Assembly: GCA_019057865.1 (NCBI GenBank)
Contig: JAHLWP010000015.1
Span: 1 to 64,000 of the forward strand
Source: Promethearchaeota archaeon
GTDB lineage: Archaea > Asgardarchaeota > Lokiarchaeia > Sigyniarchaeales > SOKP01
Length of the DNA: 64,000 bases
Reading direction: 5' to 3'
A program made the translations under genes and the position numbers. Below are positions 59,685 to 64,000 of this stretch, piece after piece; positions within the stretch are counted from its first letter, which is position 1; each line of letters starts with the position of its first letter. The notes below the pieces were generated by a model. That model was not told the DNA's origin. It did not search any database and saw nothing but the letters and a program-made list of their open reading frames with translations.

Positions 59685-61934
59685 TTATTTCACCTCCGGT
59701 TTATCTTTGCTTACTTGAACAAGACAAGTTTTTAAACAACAAGCCCCATCAGGAGCATAAGCATTTTTAGTCAAAGTATTGGGACAGCCACCTCTATCAA
59801 TCCCTTCCTCATCGGGAGTATACCATGCACCTTCATGGATGACTATAACTCCAGGAATAATCCGTTCCGTAACCCATGCTTCAATTGATAAAATCCCTCT
59901 ATCATTATAAACATATATTAAATCTCCTGTCTTAATATCCCTAGGTTCAGCATCAATGGAATTAATCCAACACCTATGATGATCAACCTCTTTAAGCCAT
60001 TCAACATGGTATAATTCGGAATGAACTCTATTCTTAGGGTGCGGAGAAAGCATTTGTAATGGATATTTTTCAATTAATGAATCAAATCTATCTTCCCAAG
60101 TACTTAAATATTTAGGAATAGGGGGTAAATTGGGATCATTTATATCAGCTACTCGTTGTGAAAAGATTTCAATCTTTCCTGAAGGCGTCTTGAAAGGATT
60201 GTTTTCAGGGTCTTCTATTTGTTTTTTAAACGCCACATAGGGTTCGTCTAATTTTACTCTCCAAATTCCATCTTCTTTATATTTATCGTAATCGGTGACA
60301 TGCTCTTTAATATCTTTGGTCCCTCTCCAAAACCTTTTTAATTGCCTAGTTTCATCATAATGTTTAAAATCTTCAATACCTAACCTTACTGCGAGTTCCT
60401 CAGCAATAGTTATATCATGCTTGCACTCTCCTACTAGTTCAATAGCTTTATTCATGTATCCAAAATATGGTCCAGATGGCCAAGGTCGAGTTAAATCAGA
60501 TCTTTCTGCCATACTAGTTGTTGGTAATACGATGTCTGCATACCTGGCTGTTGGTGTCATGAATTTTTCAACACTAACCATATATTCGAGCTTTTTTAAT
60601 GCTTCTGCATTGTGATTAGTATTACCTAACTGATTTAAAAAATTATTACCGCAAAACCATCCAAATTTGATGTCGTATGGATAACCACCTTCCTTACCTT
60701 CTAAAATCTGATCAAACATCTTATTAGTATGAACCCTTGTGCGTAAGCGATGTTTTAAGTTCACTGATCCTCGTACTGAAATTCTATCAGGATGGTTTTC
60801 TTCAACCGGATTCCTACTTGGAGGTAAAATGAATGGTCCAAAAAACATGTGAGCTATTGGAATACCCATTAATCCTCCACAAGCAGCACCACCTTTTCGT
60901 CCAACATTTCCAGTCATTGCAGATAATGTCATAGCAGCTCTATTATATTGTCCACCCATTGCACTGCGTGCTGGACCTTGACAGTCCATTAACGCCGCTG
61001 GTTTAGTGGTTGCATATTCACGAGCTAATTCTCTGATCGTTTCTGCTAGTACGTTGCAGATCTTTTCAGCCCATTCAGGTGTTTTTTCAACATCGTCTTC
61101 TTCTCCCATTACATATTCCTTAAATTTCTCAAATCCAACCGTATATTTATCCAAGAACAATTGGTCATGAAGATTTTCTTTTATCATTACATTAGCCATG
61201 GCAACCATCATTGTCACATCAGTACCTGGTACAATAGGAATCCATTTGTCAGCTACAACAACATCTGTATCTGAGTATTTAGGATTAATACTTATAACTT
61301 TAGCACCTTTTTCATGTGCTTTTATAAGATAATACAAAGCATCTGTTCCTGAATTCATTCTCGCTGGATTCCAGCCCCATAATATAATTAATTTTGAATT
61401 TAACATATCTTCCCGGCTATGACCCACAAAAGGAGATGCATATTGAGTCATTGTCGCCCAAACAGCACCCTCAGAGGATACATTTCCATGATGCGTGGAG
61501 AAACCACCAAAATGGGTAAATAATCTAATCATTGCGAGTATAGGATGATGATATGCGCCGATATAACCACCACCCATAGGAAGAAATATTGCTTCATTAC
61601 CATATTTTTCTTTAGTATATTTAAGTTTTTCAGCTATTTCAACCAATGCTTCATCCCATGAAATGCGTTTAAACTTACCCTCTCCTTTTAGTCCGACTCT
61701 CTTCAGTGGATACTTAAGCCTTTCTGGATGGTAAATCTCTTTTCGAAGAGCGCGACATTTTAAGCAGGTCCTAAGTTGGTTTTCTTCATCAGCTAAGTCA
61801 TCCCCCTCAACACGGATAATTTTACCATTCTTTACATGAAATTTAATAGGACAACGTCCTCCACAATCGAATGCTGATGTAGTCCTTATAAACTTAATTT
61901 CATTAGCTTCCTGTTGTTCTTTTTGATTTTCCAT
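59685..61934 (-). CDS. DmsA-like Mo/W-bisPGD oxidoreductase catalytic subunit (no Tat peptide)
   Basis: DCGGRC, ERLKYP..R...G.G.F.RISWDEA, WG.NP, PGTD, TPTA.YADIVLP, TPSGKIE. Confidence 0.9.
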   Translation of the reverse strand: MENQKEQQEANEIKFIRTTSAFDCGGRCPIKFHVKNGKIIRVEGDDLADEENQLRTCLKCRALRKEIYHPERLKYPLKRVGLKGEGKFKRISWDEALVEIAEKLKYTKEKYGNEAIFLPMGGGYIGAYHHPILAMIRLFTHFGGFSTHHGNVSSEGAVWATMTQYASPFVGHSREDMLNSKLIILWGWNPARMNSGTDALYYLIKAHEKGAKVISINPKYSDTDVVVADKWIPIVPGTDVTMMVAMANVMIKENLHDQLFLDKYTVGFEKFKEYVMGEEDDVEKTPEWAEKICNVLAETIRELAREYATTKPAALMDCQGPARSAMGGQYNRAAMTLSAMTGNVGRKGGAACGGLMGIPIAHMFFGPFILPPSRNPVEENHPDRISVRGSVNLKHRLRTRVHTNKMFDQILEGKEGGYPYDIKFGWFCGNNFLNQLGNTNHNAEALKKLEYMVSVEKFMTPTARYADIVLPTTSMAERSDLTRPWPSGPYFGYMNKAIELVGECKHDITIAEELAVRLGIEDFKHYDETRQLKRFWRGTKDIKEHVTDYDKYKEDGIWRVKLDEPYVAFKKQIEDPENNPFKTPSGKIEIFSQRVADINDPNLPPIPKYLSTWEDRFDSLIEKYPLQMLSPHPKNRVHSELYHVEWLKEVDHHRCWINSIDAEPRDIKTGDLIYVYNDRGILSIEAWVTERIIPGVIVIHEGAWYTPDEEGIDRGGCPNTLTKNAYAPDGACCLKTCLVQVSKDKPEVK

Positions 61935-62166
61935 AAAATCATCTTGTATATAATTGTAATATTTTTAGATGTATTAGTTATTAAATTTTTATAATTACAT
62001 GTAAGTTAACCCTGTAATTACTATTATTATTTTTAATGAGCTAATATGTATCTTATATACGAGATACATTCATTAAGAATAATTATTTCATAAAAATTAT
62101 TTAAAAACTGTATATTTTTTCTAGTTAAAATTTATCTTAAAATAAAAAAAATTAAGTGAAATAAAA

Positions 62167-64000
62167 ATAAAAGAGAATAACATCAATATAATTAAAACTG
62201 GTTGTTGTCATGACTGTGGTGGACGATGTGTTCTTAGAGTACATGTTAAAGATGGTAAAATCATAAGAATTGAAACTGACAATGGAGAAGAACCTCAATT
62301 AAGAGCCTGTGTACGTGGAAGAGCCTATAGACAAAGAGTTTATTCCCCAGATAGACTAAGATATCCTCTGCGCCGTAGTGGTGAACGAGGTGAAGATAAA
62401 TTTGAACGGATTTCATGGGATGAAGCTCTTGAAATAGTCGCTTCCAAACTTATAGAAATTAAGGAAAAATATGGTAATTCCGCTATACTATTGGTTCCAG
62501 GTGGTGGAAACCAGGGGATGATTCATGGAATCATACCAATTGCTATAATGTTACATCAAATTGGAGGATATACTAGAATGTGGGGAGCTCCTTCATATGA
62601 AGGGGCATTATTTGCCTCGATGGCGACTTATGGAACAATGATGACTGGTAATGCGCGTGAAGATCTATTAAATTCAAAACTCATTATTATGTGGGGCTGG
62701 AATCCTGCTAACACAATTTGGGAACCTGGAACAAGTCTAATGTTAGCTAAAACTAAAGAGAAAGGAATTAAAATAATAGCTATAGATCCTATCTTTACAG
62801 ATTCAGCGGCAATACTTGCTAATCAATGGATTCCAATTCGACCAGGTACTGATACGGCAATATTAATTGCGATGGCTTACACAATTATTAAAGAAAATCT
62901 TCAGGATCAAGCCTTTTTAGATAAATATACTGTTGGATTTGATAAATTCAAGGAATATGTAATGGGAGAAGAAGACGGTGTTGAAAAAACACCACAATGG
63001 GCAGAGAAAATTACATCTGTACCTTCAGAGGTTATTGAAGACTTAGCACGGGAATATGCCACTTCTAAACCAGCGGCTCTTATAGCAGGGTGGGGTCCTG
63101 CGAGAACTGCCTTTGGAGAACAATATTCCCGCGCTGCTAATGTGCTTTGTGCTATTACAGGGAACATTGGAATTAATGGGGGTTATGCCTCTGGTTTTAT
63201 GAGAGCATATTATAGTCGTGAGCGGATAGTACCTGGAGGGAAAAAAACGAGAGATATTTCTACTATAGAAGAAATGCCAAAAAAACCAAGATTACAAGAT
63301 AATCCGGTTGATTTTAGGGCTCCACCTCGTAAAGATGCTTTATATAAAATAAAAGGTGGGACAAATCCTGCAAACACTAGAATTCACTATAATGATTATT
63401 ATGAAGCAATTCTACAAGGAAAAAAAGCAGGTTACCCTGCTGATATTAAAATGGCTTATATTGCAGGAACAAACCGATTAAACCAGTTTAGTAATGTAAA
63501 TAAAGGTGTTAAAGCTTTTAAATCACTTGAATTTATAGTTATTCATGAACAATTTTTGACACCTACAGCGAAATTTGCTGACATTATTTTGCCAGTAAAT
63601 ACTTTCATGGAACGTAATGATGCTGCTGTCCCTTGGCTTGGTTCTCCTTATTATATTTATTTGAATAAAGCTATTGATTCCATGTATGAATCAAAATCTG
63701 ATCTAGAAATATGCCGGGAGCTTTTAAAAAGAATGGGTATTAAATCAAGTCTTTTAGATCTGAATGAGGATCAAATATTAAGGCTATTTATAGCTCCACG
63801 AAAGGACATTAAAAATTATAATAAAATGAGAAGAGATGGTTATTATAAAGTTAAAGTTGAGGAGCCATTTGTAGCATTTAAAGATCAAATAGAGGATCCT
63901 GAGAACAAACCCTTTCCTACTTTATCAGGCAAAATTGAAATATATTGTGAACATATAGCAGAAAAAAATATTCCCTTAATGCCACCAATTCCAAAATATT
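62167..64000 (+). CDS. Second DmsA-like Mo/W-bisPGD oxidoreductase, partial (runs off window); ATA start inferred
   Basis: TGCCHDCGGRC...RACVRG, DRLRYP, RISWDEA, WGWNP, PGTD, TPTAKFADIILP, SGKIE; in-frame TAA at 62143-62145; first TTG only at 62491. Confidence 0.9.
   Translation, partial: MKENNINIIKTGCCHDCGGRCVLRVHVKDGKIIRIETDNGEEPQLRACVRGRAYRQRVYSPDRLRYPLRRSGERGEDKFERISWDEALEIVASKLIEIKEKYGNSAILLVPGGGNQGMIHGIIPIAIMLHQIGGYTRMWGAPSYEGALFASMATYGTMMTGNAREDLLNSKLIIMWGWNPANTIWEPGTSLMLAKTKEKGIKIIAIDPIFTDSAAILANQWIPIRPGTDTAILIAMAYTIIKENLQDQAFLDKYTVGFDKFKEYVMGEEDGVEKTPQWAEKITSVPSEVIEDLAREYATSKPAALIAGWGPARTAFGEQYSRAANVLCAITGNIGINGGYASGFMRAYYSRERIVPGGKKTRDISTIEEMPKKPRLQDNPVDFRAPPRKDALYKIKGGTNPANTRIHYNDYYEAILQGKKAGYPADIKMAYIAGTNRLNQFSNVNKGVKAFKSLEFIVIHEQFLTPTAKFADIILPVNTFMERNDAAVPWLGSPYYIYLNKAIDSMYESKSDLEICRELLKRMGIKSSLLDLNEDQILRLFIAPRKDIKNYNKMRRDGYYKVKVEEPFVAFKDQIEDPENKPFPTLSGKIEIYCEHIAEKNIPLMPPIPKY

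Noticed and set aside
62907-63167. This ORF and the other short antisense or overlapping ORFs in the track (e.g. 3703, 4657, 6050, 6549, 19024, 27352, 30691, 51457, 57482)
   Set aside because: They are shadow frames of well-supported genes on the opposite strand or in another frame.
1-64000. CRISPR array, IS element, provirus, or genome-wide TGA reassignment
   Set aside because: No regularly spaced repeats or transposase/integrase/capsid motifs were seen, and conserved genes such as rpsJ, pit and phoU end normally at TGA.

Overview
AT-rich archaeal chromosome segment, very probably an Asgard archaeon of the Lokiarchaeia/Promethearchaeota type. This is inferred from gene content (Rab-like GTPases, longin-like proteins, archaeal S10, GGTGA-type RBS), not from a database hit. 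0.1-14.9 kb is an imperfect tandem duplication of the module [double-wHTH/TPR regulator <- | -> secreted protein(s) -> TPR-longin -> Rab-like GTPase | <- Cys-rich protein]; its three secreted paralogues are mosaic and show a large excess of amino-acid-changing differences. 15-26 kb holds IMPase/FBPase, rpsJ, a radical SAM gene, a Bud23-like methyltransferase, a receiver protein, a rhomboid, a nucleotide-sugar dehydrogenase, two unannotated microprotein ORFs (one with an in-frame TGA in a CxxU motif aligning with Cys of its neighbour), a NOT4-type C4C4 RING, a longin protein and a transporter. 26-34 kb is nfnA, a ferredoxin-FrhB-NfnB fusion, three glutamate dehydrogenases and a relic of a fourth. 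The rest is guaA, pepF, lrp/glnA, an ABC exporter pair, a phosphate cluster with a repeated 20-bp palindromic box, carAB with a glutaminase-dead small subunit, 3-hydroxyacyl-CoA dehydrogenase, haloalkane dehalogenase and two divergent DmsA-like molybdoenzymes. Several genes appear to start at ATA/ATT. No rRNA, complete tRNA, CRISPR array, transposase or integrase was seen. All alignments, counts and RNA folds were done by eye and need computational confirmation.
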